A DNA stretch of 63,829 nucleotides, the filler included, from Octopus bimaculoides (taxonomy: Eukaryota), in assembly GCF_001194135.2 (NCBI RefSeq). It is 5 parts of 4 records of this genome, joined end to end, with 100 filler letters (N's around TTAATTAATTAA, not from the genome) between each part and the next. Parts side by side here need not be neighbours in the genome. Positions count along the whole stretch, not along the records: positions 1 to 22,563 come from NC_068990.1; positions 22,664 to 36,299 come from NC_068996.1; 3 more parts are not named here. One strand, given 5' to 3'. Position 1 is the first letter of the stretch. Every line of letters begins with the position of its first letter. This document shows, piece after piece, positions 13,630 to 26,019 of this stretch. Under the pieces are notes generated by a model. That model was not told where the DNA came from, did no database searches, and was given only the letters and a program-made list of their open reading frames with translations. A program made the translations under genes and the position numbers.

Positions 13630-15660
13630 GGAATATGACATTACTTTTAGTTTTGCCTCCATAAAGGACTTAGCTGTACAGCATATCATCAGATCCCAAA
13701 ACCTGTTGGCTTAAGGCCTCTCTAGTGAGTAGTCTCTCTAGAATATGGTGGAGGAAATGACCTTGCTACTCAATGTCAACAACAGAGGATCATCTCCCGT
13801 TGGCTATCAATCACCAGTGACCCTGTTATCCTGTGGGTTCCAATAGACCAGCAGGAATTTCCTGAAATGCAAGCATGATCCAAAGACCTCCGTTCTGGAG
13901 CTAAGGAGGTTCCCTGCGTTGAGAGAGTGCTTTAGAATCCCCACCCATTCTGTTATACATAGTTTACAACGCTTACACCTGTTTATGTAGGGGCCTGAAT
14001 TTTCTGGGATTCTTCATGATATTGTGTATGGAATCCCATTGTCTTTCAGCTGCCATACATGGCTGGCTAATGACGTAACATATCTCCTTTCCGGTATCCT
14101 GAAGGAGGATCTGTGGTTGGAGAGGTGTTGTTTGAATGTGTTCCCAGAGCAGCCAATGTATCTCCATGGCTGGGTGTTGGCATTGCTGCTACCACTGTTG
14201 TTGGTGCTGTTGGTGTTGGCATCATTGGAGGTGGCGATGGTGTTGGTGCCATTACCACTGGTTTTAGTAATGCTACTGTTGTTGTTATTGTCATTGCTGT
14301 TGATGGAGGCACTGTCACTGCTGTTATAGATATCATCGGAGCTGGCTCTGCTACTATTTCCATTAGTGGTACTGTCATTGTTGTTGTTGTTATCACTGTT
14401 GTTGGTGGTGCTGCTGCTAGTATTGGAACTCTTGACCTTGCTACTGTAGCAGCCATTGGGGAACCTGCTGATGTTGCTACTGACATTGGGATACTGCTGT
14501 TGCTGACTTTGATGTTGTTATTACTGGTGATATTGCTGCCACCAGCTCTGTTCATGTCTCTGCTGCTGCTATTAACCCTTTAGTATTTAAACCGGCCATA
14601 TCTGGCCCAAATGTTCTGTCTGTTTTATGCCAAAACTGACCAGATCAGGCCTCTCACACTTGCCCTGCAATGTCATTCTAAAAATAAACAATCATATCTT
14701 TGAAATATCAAAGCTACAAGATAATACAAAATTAATTTTATAAAATGTGAATAAATAAGTATTACATTTGACAGAGTAATCTGAATACCAAGGGGTTAAT
14801 GGTACTGCTATCCCTGCTATTGTTGTAGCCATTGGGGGAGCTGCTGATGGTGCTGCTACTATTAAGGTTGGCCAGCACCTCAGCTTCATAGATGACTCCC
14901 TTGGTTTTGCAGTGGCCTCTCACTGGGTACCTATTGTGGTCCCTGCATGAGCATCCTGTCTCTGCTCATGGTCTAGGGGTGCTAACTAGAATGCTCTTAA
15001 TTTTGAGGGCACAGCTAAAAGAGACCTTAAGGTTGTGCCTGTTGAAAATGCCCCCATACCCATGTGAACGTGTGAAATGTTTATCAATTAACTTAGGGAA
15101 TATCCTACATACAGACGTTTTTACATTAAGAGAGAAAGGGTGGGGGTTAAACCAAATGATATTTCTGTGGTGCTTCCTTCTATGGATGTTGGGCCCTGGC
15201 ATGTAGGAGATGCAGTCTCTAAATCCACTAGTATTTATAGCCTCACTATAGTAGGGAGCTGCTGCATCAAAAATCTCTTGGCTGAAGGAAAGGTTTGTGA
15301 TCCTCTCGCTAACACCTTTCACCATGTTTTTGAACACAACGGGTGGGTGACAGGAGGTTGTGTTGATGTATGTTAGCCTCTCATTTGGCTTGCAGTTGGG
15401 CCTGTATGTACAGGAACCCAAATCAAGTGTGACATCTAAGAAGTCCATGGTGGTGAGATTGGTCGTGATGGTGATTTTTCAATGCCATGAAGCCAAGTGT
15501 AATAATTAGATCTTTTCTAAGCCTCTCTAGAGTGTGCCCATTTGCCCCCTCTAGAGATGGCCAGGGCATCATCTCTGTAGAAACCAAAAAGGATGCCAGT
15601 TAGTCTTTTACACCTATCAGGCTTGTTCATATTAGCCTGAGTTGCTGGGTAATTTTTCGT
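13630..15660 (-). mobile_element. Degenerate Penelope-like retroelement (RT + low-complexity linker + GIY-YIG endonuclease), interrupted by a MITE
   Basis: GFYRDDALA near 15570. ORF 14966-15448 contains FLDVTLDL...HPP...RNIIWFNPHPFS...LIDKHF...IFNRHNLKVSFSC. A GIY-YIG remnant YIGCSGNTFKQHLSNHRSSF...LASHVWQLKD lies at about 14040-14165, with the end LLSSRTEVFGSCLHFRKF at about 13850-13915. Confidence 0.85.
14576..14795 (+). mobile_element. 220-bp TTAA-flanked MITE (piggyBac-like ends) inserted in the Penelope linker
   Basis: TTAA|CCCTTTAGTATTTA ... TGAATACCAAGGGG|TTAA, with TTAA at 14572-14575 and 14796-14799. Removing it restores the continuous (GCT/GTT)n linker. Confidence 0.8.
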
Positions 15661-16140
15661 TCTCTTAAGAATATTTTGGAATGGAAACTTTTTATAGATT
15701 GGAATTTAAATACTAATCTGTATAGAAATTTTTTATTTCAAGAAAACATTGAATTTGAATTACTTTTAATTTTTACGATCATAGATCACAACTCGGGCTG
15801 TAACTTCTGAGCCCAAGTCAGGCACATGTAAATGATGTCAAGAGAATGTCCGCTACGAATGATATGTTTTGATACAAGGTACCTCTCAGACGACTGCCAG
15901 ATGCCGAACTGCAACCAGCCTCAATGAAAGCAGCCAAAGTTATTGGCTGCAATTACATACTTGAAGTCAGTGTTGGTAGAAATTAAATCAGCTTGCAAAT
16001 ATATGCTCACTTTACTAAATTTATACTTGGGCTAACCCCAAACAACCTGAGTGTTGGAGTCGACACTGATATATGTATGTCTCGTGGATATCGTTGGTGA
16101 TTTTTTCTTCCTCTGTCTTTGCCTTCTTTGGACTTTCCTT

Positions 16141-16176
16141 TGTTTCCAACGAAGAGCTCTGCTCGAAACGTCAAAT
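16141..16176 (+). ncRNA. Minimal type I hammerhead-ribozyme-like motif with a non-canonical or decayed core
   Basis: GTTT-CCAACGA-A-GAGC TCT GCTC-GAAA-CGT-C-AAAT gives stem I 4 bp, stem II 4 bp, a palindromic ACGT stem III and a GUC triplet. The core has 2 mismatches to CUGANGA. Confidence 0.45.
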
Positions 16177-16808
16177 TCTCTTTCTTTCCTTTCCTGAGCT
16201 TCCAGTAACACACAATCTGTGTCACGTCCTCACGTTGTTGTTTTTTGTTCTTTTTTTGTCTTTTTCCTTTTTTGAACTTATATACATGTATGTATTTGTC
16301 CCTCCACCCCCATCCCCACCACTTGACAACTGGTGTTGATGTGTTTACATCCCTGTAACTTAGCAGTTCAGCAAAAGCGACTGATAGAATAACCGTGAGG
16401 CTTAGCAAAAATAAATAAATAAGTACTGGGATTAATTCATTCAACTAAAATTCTTCAAGGCTGAGTGCTCCAGCATGTCCATAGTCTAATGACTGAAATG
16501 TTAAAAAAAGATAAGAAATATGAGATTTAAGACAATCAATAAGTGAAATTCTCACGGTAACTATTTAGATAAATTTATATTTTCAAAGTTATCTTTGACT
16601 ACCATAACATCTCCCGATAATAGAATACCTTTAAAGTACATGAGTACATGCTCCCTCTGTCCATCCACATTTCTGGTTCCTTTGTTCCTATTCACTTCAT
16701 ACCATGCAGGTTCACATAGACACCTCATTCCCACTATTGTTCTTTGCTTCCCTACTACACTTCATTACCCTCTCTTCTAAACTTTGAGTAACCCCATGTA
16801 ACCTCTAC

Positions 16809-16880
16809 TGCAGTGGTTCTCAACCACGGTTCATTTGATCCATTGTGGGATGGGGGGGGGGGACAACATAAGATTTTGTT
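16809..16880 (+). mobile_element. hAT (Charlie-like) MITE terminus
   Basis: Begins CAGTGGTTCTCAACC. A similar end CAGTGGTTTTAAAC occurs at about 21604. The partner end was not identified. Confidence 0.4.
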
Positions 16881-17809
16881 AAAGTTTCATCATCATCATT
16901 TAGTGTCTGCTTTCCATGCTGGCCTGGGTTACACAGTTTGACTGGAACTGGTAAACCAGAGAGCTGCACCAAGTTCCAGTCTGATTTGGCATGGTTTCTA
17001 TGGCTGGATGCCCTTCCTGAGGCAAACCACTCCAAGAGTGTAGTAGTTGCTATTTACAAGTCAGCAGCACGAATGCTTTTATGTGCCACCAGTTACATGA
17101 CACCGGCATTGGCCGCGACTGTGATTTCACTTGGCTTGCCAAAGTCTTCTCAAGCATGGCATATCGCCAAAGGGCTTGGTCATTTGTCATCACCTCCATG
17201 AAGCCCAATGTTCAAAGATCATGCCTCACCACCTCATCCCATATCTTCCTGGGTCTAAGTTTATGTGCAATGAATTTAAAGTTTGTGTACAATAAATTGG
17301 TCATACTTCAACAATACACAAGATAGTTTAACATTTTTTTAATACAATTTTTAATAATATTTAATTATAAAAATATAATGAGCTTTCTTTTTAATCATGA
17401 AATGGCTATGAGGGAGCTACCTCTCTCAGAGTTTATAGTTTTGCAAAGCTACAGAGCAACATCACTACTATTAATGATACAAAAAAAAAAACAGGTACAC
17501 ACTGTAAAGTGATTGGCATTAGGAAGGCATCCAGCCATAGAGCATGAAGCAGTCCTTAGACCCATTGGATAGTCAAACTGTTCAGCCCATGCCAGCATTG
17601 GAACATGGACATTAAATGATGATGGTGTGTGTGTATGTGTCTAATATATAGACAGACAGACAGATAGATAGATAGATATAATGAATATAATTTAAACCTG
17701 AATAAATCATTAGCAACACCTTTCTCTTGGAAAATCAGGTATTCATTGTATTAGTATTGTTGTTGTTGTTGTTATTCTTCTTCTTCTTATTCTTCTTCTT
17801 ATTATTATT

Positions 17810-17906
17810 GAGTGAGAGAGCAGTGCATGCCATCAAAGTGACACTGGGGTAAAATATACGAAGCCCATTATACCCATTATGACTACCCGTCTGATAAGGG
17901 CACACG
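17810..17906 (-). repeat. Short interspersed repeat remnant (LINE/SINE 3' end with ATT/CTT tail), truncated by the L1/Tx1 fragment
   Basis: tgagtgagagagcagtgcatgccatcaaagtgacactgggg follows (ATT)n/(CTT)n runs and switches abruptly to L1-like sequence at about 17907. Confidence 0.45.
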
Positions 17907-18500
17907 AGGCACATGCTGAGGGCAAGGCAATTTTCCTATGCCTAGTGGCTGTAGCGAAAGAGGTGATATGGTGGACCCGTTTGAAAGGGCTAAAGACAGA
18001 CACTTTCCTCTTTGGCCAAGGCCTCATCAACTTTTTCAAGTTCCACTTGAAAAGGAAGATGAGAGTAGAGAGGAAAGTGCTATCTCATAGCAAATTCGTT
18101 GAAAGATGGGNNNNNNNNNNNNNNNNNNNNNNNNNNNNNNNNNNNNNNNNNNNNNNNNNNNNNNNNNNNNNNNNNNNNNNNNNNNNNNNNNNNNNNNNNN
18201 NNNNNNNNNNNNNNNNNNNNNNNNNNNNNNNNNNNNNNTATACCCCTTTCTTATTTTTTCTGACCAGGCTCTCATGGTTTTATGGGTTTTTCCAAGTGTA
18301 ACCTTTCCTTTTTCGAAGCGCCTCCCCCTTTGGGAGTTCTACTTATTTATTTATCTATTTATTTATTATATCTTTCTCCGTTTTCTTCCTCTGTTTAGAC
18401 GAACTTTCCTACCTTTTTGGACAAAACCTTTTGTAACCTTCGTCCTGTCTTTGTCCTTATATGTTTTTAATTGATATTAGCCCTTGTGGCCAATAAAACG
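17907..18500 (+). mobile_element. 3' fragment of an L1/Tx1-clade LINE
   Basis: KAIFLCLVAVAKEVIWWTRLKGL...FFKFHLKRKMRVERKVLSHSKFVERW, then a T-rich 3' UTR ending cccttgtggccaataaa. The same terminus recurs at about 19830 and 49170. Confidence 0.65.
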
Positions 18501-19435
18501 AATTAATTATTATTGTTGTTGTTGTTGTTGTTGTTGTTGTTATTATTTGACACTAATTTCCACTTCTTATCTGACCTAAATCCTGGTCACAAAAGGAAGT
18601 CATTTGTCATTTTGTATACAGGTTTATTACAAAGTTTCTTCAGTAAAATAACTGCATTCTCTGCCTTTAGAGATTTCATGCTAATTTATTCCACACACCC
18701 CACCCCCACCTTCATCTCCACCCTCTGAAGTTGTGAGACAGTAAACTTGGGTTATGGTTCTGGTACATCAGAGGTAGCAGTAGTAGTAATAATGGTTAAG
18801 GTGTCCTGATGCTGTGCTTGCTAAAATTGAACTACATCTTTCTTAGGCCAACATCTTGGTTGTAATTCAAGAAAGTAGAAGTCTAACCCTAACTCAATAA
18901 CTAGCCATGATTTCATTTAACTAGTCTTTCTCCCCCCCCCCCGCTCTCTCTCTTTGTCTTTCTTGTCTCACCTTATTTTCAAACTAATGTCTCTGTCTGT
19001 GCTCTTACTTCTCCCCCTCCCTCTCTCTCTCTCTCTCTCACACTTCTCTTTCTCTTCTCTCATCCTCTGTCTCTCTCCCTTCACCACCATTTTTAATTTC
19101 CAACTTGATAATTGTTGTTTGTTTCTATCTCAATCTTATATTTGGCACTGTTCCCTTCCCCTCCATCCCCCCTTCCTCCCATTCCTCTTCTTGTCCTCTT
19201 TCCTCACTTCTAAACTCTCTCTCTCTTTATATTCTTATATCTCTTCCTCCTCCTCCTGCTACATCTGCCTCTGCATTATATATACACAGGTGGAATAACA
19301 TACATACCTCTACCTTTAGTCATGTTTGTAGCAGGTAGTTGTAGTAGACCTCCCACCTGATGCTTTTCCTACTCTACCTGTCACTCCTTCCCCCTCTAAC
19401 TACAACTCTATACCCTGTAATTGATATACATACAT

Positions 19436-19474
<39 letters not shown>

Positions 19475-19881
19475 TGTATACACACTTGCCTGCTTGTACT
19501 TAGTTGTGAGGTAAGGTGAGGTGAGTGTGGACAGGTGAGGGGAAGGAAATGAAAGATGTGTCTACCTGCTTGCTTCATAAGCAAGTACTTTTTGTTTATT
19601 TGTGAGGCCACAAGTTGAAGGTTGTTGGTAGGAGAGACAGAGAGAGAGTCAAAGAGAGATAGGTGGAGGGAGAATCTTGAGTTGACTACTGTTGGAGAGA
19701 TAGTAACAGTGGTATTATCATTATTATTACTCTTGTTTGTCAAGATTTTTTTGCAAATTGTTATTGTTTTGTTGCTTAGATGTTTCTATGGGGATCCCCA
19801 GTCCTTTGTACTGCCCTAAATATATTTGCAGCCCTTGTGGCCAATAAAGAAAGAATTATTATTATTATTATTATTATTATT

Positions 19882-20124
19882 CAGTAGTTTTATTTTTATA
19901 ACGTGCTTTCACTTCACTACCGAGCGCAGCTCTGTGCGCCTTGGGTATGTGCTGTGGTTTGCTGTGGTGCTCTTATGGTTACTGTATTGAAAGTGTTTTG
20001 CGTAGAATGTGTGCAGTACCCAGTAGTGCAATTTTCTGTATGTTATATATATTTGTAAGTCCTGGTGTTTTTGTTATGTATTTGTCTGAATATTTTTTTA
20101 TTATACCTAACGCACCTACTATGA
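19882..20124 (-). mobile_element. 3' end of an R4/Dong-clade non-LTR retrotransposon
   Basis: Minus translation IVGALGIIKKYSDKYITKTPGLTNIYNIQKIALLGTAHILRKTLSIQ*, the REL-endonuclease C-terminus, followed by a UTR and (TAA)n tail. Confidence 0.8.
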
Positions 20125-20316
20125 NNNNNNNNNNNNNNNNNNNNNNNNNNNNNNNNNNNNNNNNNNNNNNNNNNNNNNNNNNNNNNNNNNNNNNNNNNNN
20201 NNNNNNNNNNNNNNNNNNNNNNNNNNNNNNNNNNNNNNNNNNNNNNNNNNNNNNNNNNNNNNNNNNNNNNNNNNNNNNNNNNNNNNNNNNNNNNNNNNNN
20301 NNNNNNNNNNNNNNNN

Positions 20317-20359
<43 letters not shown>

Positions 20360-21405
20360 GGTGGTGGCGAGCTGGCAGAATCAGTAGCATGCCAAGTAAA
20401 ATGCTCAGTGACATTTTGTTTATCTGTATGTACTGAGTTCAAATTCTGCCAAGGTTGACTTCACCTTTCATCCTTCCGGAGTTAATAAATAAAATAAATA
20501 CCCAGCACGGTGGGGCGGGGTTGATGTAATTGACACATCCCCTCCCCCAAAATGGCTGCCCTTGTGGCAAAATTTGAAACCATTATTATTATTATTATTA
20601 TTATTATTGTCCCCTTTATCCTTCCCCCTGGAATAATAACTATTAAGATTGCAGGCTAGCACACTGGACAAAAAATGTTTAGCAGCTTTTTGTCCATTTT
20701 TATATTCTGAGTTCAAATTCCACTGAAGTTGACTTTACCTTTCTTCCTTTCGGGCTCAATAAAATATATATCAGTTGATCACTAGGGTTGATGCAATCAG
20801 CTACACCCTTCCCTAAAATTCCAGGCTTTATGCCTATAGCAGAAAGGATTACTACGGTTGATGTAATTGACTTGCCCACTTCCCTGAAATTGCTGGCCTT
20901 GTGCCAAAATTTGAAACTGTTATTATTATTATTGTTATTTAGGCGGTGAGTTGGCAGAATCAAGTTAGCACACCCAGCAAAATGCTGTTTAGCTGCATTT
21001 CATCTGGCTCTCTTTAGGTTCACTGCCCTCTTGGCTGTTGAACAGACATGTTGTTGGTGGTGGTAGTGTTGTCAGTCATCACTCATTCTCATGAGTTTTC
21101 ATTGCCCTCTTTGGCTGTTGTACAGACGTTGGTGGTAGTGGTGGTGGTGGTGGTGGCGGCGGTGGCAGTGGTGGTGGTGTTACTGTTGTTGTTATTGTTG
21201 TTGTTCACTACCATCTCTGACATGTTGCAGACACCGAATATACATGCAAAATTCTTTCAAGGAAAGTCTTTGTTGGCTGCCTTTCCTAAAGGATGTATCT
21301 TAACATAGCTACTGTCTTGGATCAAACATCGGCTAGGAAGGACATCTATCATTTACCAAGTGCGTTGTCACAGCACTGCCTTCCCTCCACATTATGCTAC
21401 AGTCA

Positions 21406-21577
21406 ATGAAATAAATTAACCTTAGAAGTGAACATAAACTGAAAATTTGAGCAAGTTATGTATGACAGCATGAAATAAATTAACCTAAACAGTGAAAATT
21501 TGAGCAAGTTATGTATGACAGCATGAAATAAATTAACCTAAACAGTGAAAATTTGAGCAAGTTATGTATGACAGCAT
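21406..21577. repeat. 53-bp minisatellite, about 3.3 copies
   Basis: Unit tgaaaatttgagcaagttatgtatgacagcatgaaataaattaacctaaacag starts at 21440, 21493 and 21546. Confidence 0.9.
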
Positions 21578-21792
21578 AAACATTTGGGTAGTTTACTCTA
21601 GCACAGTGGTTTTAAACTATTTTTTTTACCTATAAGGCCCCTTGGATTTCTATTTTTCTCTGGTGAACCTCCATAAGTATTTGATGTTTAATTATTAGTT
21701 TTATTGATACTTCCTTCTAAATTCCAGAAGCTGTATTTAATTTAGGTCAAGTGGACATTGCTGTTCATTGAACCATAAAATTAATGACTTAA

Positions 21793-22012
21793 CCCTTTAA
21801 TTACTGTATTTATTTTGAGATGCTCTGTGTTTCTTTCAATTACTTTAAATATAACAAAGAATTTAGTAAAATATCTTGGTTATCATTCAGCTAGTGTTAG
21901 GAACATAAATTGTGACTTAGGTTTGGTGGAAGATTTTAATTGAAAACTTATGAAATCAAGACATTTGTATTCAGAACAAGAGCCGGTTTCAGCCGGGTTG
22001 GTAACGAAGGGG
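21793..22012. mobile_element. Second 220-bp TTAA-flanked MITE with a different internal sequence
   Basis: TTAA|CCCTTTAATTAC ... GTAACGAAGGGG|TTAA, with TTAA at 21789-21792 and 22013-22016. Confidence 0.8.
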
Positions 22013-22563
22013 TTAAACCCTGAACCTGGTATACAGGTTAAAGATAACCTATAGAATTTTGTCGTTTCAGATAAAATTTTGATTGTTGCAATTCTATTTA
22101 TGTTACTTCAATTTTATTAAAGACTAGCTTAAAAGTCTCACTCCATGCAGACTTTTAATCTAGCTCCTTGCAGAGGGCTAAATGGGCCTGTGGTCCGAAA
22201 CTAAAGAGAGCTAAATAGCTTGACCATAATATGTCTATAATGACAATATGCCCTGGTGGTGTTTGATCAGAGGGTAAGAAGAGATGAGAATTAATTTTGT
22301 AATGCAGTCATTCTATTGTTCCAGTCCAAAGTTGAATTCCAACTGTATTGGGCAGAGCAGGGCTATTCAGATTTAGCGGGGAGAAATGAATCTGTAGCAG
22401 CTGAAAAGAGAAAAATAGTGGTGATGAGGTATCCAGCTGGAACCTCAAGGTGCAAGATGAATAGAGATAGGTGTTACGCACATGTGTATGATGTACATGA
22501 ACACATACTGTGCATGCAAAATGCATATTTCATTTCTATATATGTGTGTGTGTGTCTGTGTGC

Positions 22564-22663
22564 NNNNNNNNNNNNNNNNNNNNNNNNNNNNNNNNNNNNN
22601 NNNNNNNTTAATTAATTAANNNNNNNNNNNNNNNNNNNNNNNNNNNNNNNNNNNNNNNNNNNN
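22564..22663. other. Artificial scaffold-joining spacer (44 N + TTAATTAATTAA + 44 N)
   Basis: Exactly 100 bp. The central 12-mer gives stop codons in all six frames. Four identical copies occur in the window. Confidence 0.95.
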
Positions 22664-23263
22664 ATATATATATATATATATATGTATCTTTACTAAGAAC
22701 ATATTCAGAAATGTACAAAATAAGGACATTTTTTTTCTCTCTAGAAATATACAAAACAGGATTTGAATATAGACTTAAAAGGCGTTCTTTCATTGGTACC
22801 AGCAGATGTAAGAATCGGAATCGTCAGTCACTAATAAATTATCATCAGCATTTCTTCCGGATTGTCATTGTCAACAGATCGTGTGGGTAAGGGCATACAT
22901 ACAAACAGATAGAAGACACACACATGAAGACACACACACACACACACATACATACACATACACACATATATGCATATACACATATATACACGAACATGTA
23001 TACGAATGCATAGTATTTATATAAAAAGTATGTATATGTATAAAAACAAATGCAAGCATTATATATGCACACACACACACGTACACGTGTATGTGTGTGT
23101 GTGTGTAGGAGTGGCTGTTTGGTAAGTAGTGTGCTTACCAACTACATGGTTCCAGGTTCAGTCTCACTGCGTGACACCTAGGGCAAGTATCTTCTACTAT
23201 ACCCTTGGGCCAACAAAAGCCTTGTGAGTGAATTTGGTAGACAGAAACTGAAAGAAACCCATC

Positions 23264-23352
<89 letters not shown>

Positions 23353-24789
23353 CTTGTGTGTCTGTTTGTCGACCCAACATCGCTTGACAACTGATGCTGG
23401 TGCATTTACATCCCCGTAACTTAGCAGTTTGGCCAATGAGACCGATACAATAAGTACTAGGCTTACAAAGAATAAGTCCTGGAGTTGATTTGCTTAACTA
23501 AAGGCGGTGCTCCAGCATGGCCACAGTCAAATAAATGAAATTAGTAAAAGAATAAAAGAATGCATACATACACACATATAATTATCTCTTAATGTCCAAA
23601 TTCCACACTGGTCAAGGTTGTATGGCTTGACAGGATCTGACAAGTCCAATGGCAACATTGAGCTCCAGTATCTGCTTTGGCATGCTTTCTATGGCTGGGT
23701 GCCCTTCCCAATGCCAACCACTTCATGGTGTGTGCTGGGTACTTTTTTCCATGGCCTCAGCACTAGTGAGGTTGCCATGCAGCTAACAAAACTTAAGATT
23801 CCTTCTACTGAGCGGAACTACAGAAGAGAGGGAAGCGGTTTTTATGCTAGGAGATGAGAGGTCAAAGTATGAGAGAAGGAGCTAGGACAGGATTGGTTCC
23901 TAGCAATAGTAAAGCAACCAGGTTCTATACTTTATAGAAAAGAGAGTGAGAGTAACCAGGTTGCAGCTAGAAAAAGATGAAATAGTGGTGAGTTGGCATG
24001 AGTGAGAATGAGAGATGGGGAGTGTGGTTGGGTATAAAAGTTGCAAAGTGTATAGGAGAGTGAGAGGGTTAGAGATGGCTTGAGAATGGGTGGGTGAATA
24101 TAATGATGAACAAGTGTTGAGGGATAAGTTAGAGGTAAGGCAGGAAAGAGTAAGTTATGACTGTAGGGTGTTGAGGGGTTGATGTAGGGAATAGTGGATG
24201 AGGGGTGGGGAAGGTAGGAAAGAGTAGGAGATGGCTAACAGTGTAGAAAGGAGGGAAGAACAGTGAAATAATAATAGTGATACAGTAGACAGAAAAAGGA
24301 TGAAAGAAAAAGAGAGGATAAAAAAGAAACAGAGGATGAAAGAAAGAGAGGGGAAGAGAGAGAAAGAGATGTGTGATTGGGTGCAAGAGTGTGGGGGAGA
24401 TAGGCAAGCATAGAGGTGAATGAGAGATGTATGGTGGTAGAGAAGGAGAGATAATTTGATGGTAGAGAAGGGTGATCAATGTAAAATGTGGGTGAGGAGT
24501 TGGTGGTATAGAAGGATGATCAATGTAAAATGTGGGTGAGGAAGATTGTCTTAAGAATGAAGGATGTATATTAAGAGAAACAGTGTGAAAGACAAGTGTT
24601 ATCAAGGCAAAACTATTGAAGTCTGCAGTTCTGCAAACATTTAAATGTACCAGAAGAATAGTGCAGTTAGTGAGATTTGGGGTGATGGGGAAAGCGTGAG
24701 GGGGTTATGGGGTGAGAAGGTCTAGTCGCACATCAAGATCTACTTGAAGAGCAGAAGATTAGCCAAAATTATTTGATGTTTATGGCACA

Positions 24790-25140
24790 CCATCTCTTTG
24801 TACATACAGCTCAGCATAGGAATTGGATTCATTGTAAACTCTTCTTTAAATTTTTATGTTACATTCACAATTAGGACTGCTATTAGCAAAAATTGGGAAC
24901 CCTCCCTCTATGAGTACCAACCTTTTAGCAATATTGTCTGCAGTCAAGAGTTGGTGGAATTGCCATATTCTCATCTGTATTTGCAGTTTGCTTCATTTCT
25001 AAGAGTTCTAGTCCCTTATGCAGTCTCATCAACATTGCATACTTGCAATCAATCTGTCCAACTGCTCAGGATAATTAGGAGTAGCTTCTGCATCAGCACT
25101 GGCAGCTTCACCAGGGAATTCTTATATTGTGCAAATTACA
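24790..25140 (-). mobile_element. pogo/Tigger-like transposase remnant, internally deleted
   Basis: Minus translation GEAASADAEATPNYPEQLDRLI resembles Tigger GEAASADxEAAxxYPExL. A later remnant (FANSSPNCE, then YAELYVQR) resembles the pogo C-terminus. Confidence 0.55.
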
Positions 25141-26019
25141 AACCATTCTCCATTAGCTAGAAAATGTTTCTCATAAGAAATTTCATTTACTATTTCATGC
25201 TGTAAGGGGGTTGGTGTTAGGAAGTGTGTCCAGCCATAAAACCTTGCCAAAACAGACAGTGAAGCCTGGTACCAACTTCAGCCTATTCAGCTTTTGTCAA
25301 ATCGTCCAACCCATGCCAACATGAAAATGGACATTAAATAATGATGACGACGACGACGATGATGATGATGATTTCCTGCAAATTGTAATGAAAACATTCA
25401 ACTTTATTTTATGTTTTTGAATTACCATCATGCTTGTCAACATCTGAGTCTGATCCCTAATCTGTACATTCATGAGTTATTCTAAGTATATTGGATCTAT
25501 GAAAAATAATTTCTTGTGCACTTGATTTTATTTTTCTCTCTATTGTCATCCTTCGATATAGTTGAACAACCAATCCTAACCAGTTGGGATTCACAGTAGG
25601 GGCTGTACTATTCATCCTTTTAATCCCTGGATATAAACACTGGCTCATGAGATTTCCATTCAGGTGATTTTCCTGAGTTGCCATGTCTCCCTTGTACATC
25701 AAACCACCACATGGTTATCTCTTTACAGCTGAGTGGACTGGGGCAACATAATATGAAGTGTTTTGCTCAAGAACTCAATGCATAACCAGTCTGGGAACAG
25801 AAACCACAATCTTTATAATCATGAGTGCAACACCCTAACCACAAGGCCATGCACCTTTGGTTTGTGGGTGATGGTGGTGAACCATGGCCATTCTTAGTTG
25901 GTGGAGTGATCTGTCTGTTTGATTCCAATAACTCTATTATCACATATTGTTGTCAATGTTGACATTTCAAACTTTAATGTTTTAGCAATGTGGCTGATAT
26001 TTTTTCTCTTTGATGATTA

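Noticed and set aside
14067-14583. Mucin-like or hydrophobic ORFs on both strands
   Set aside because: Low-complexity linker inside the Penelope-like element; no splice signals or independent gene evidence.
21406-21577. CRISPR-like array
   Set aside because: Head-to-tail tandem units without unique spacers, in a eukaryotic context.
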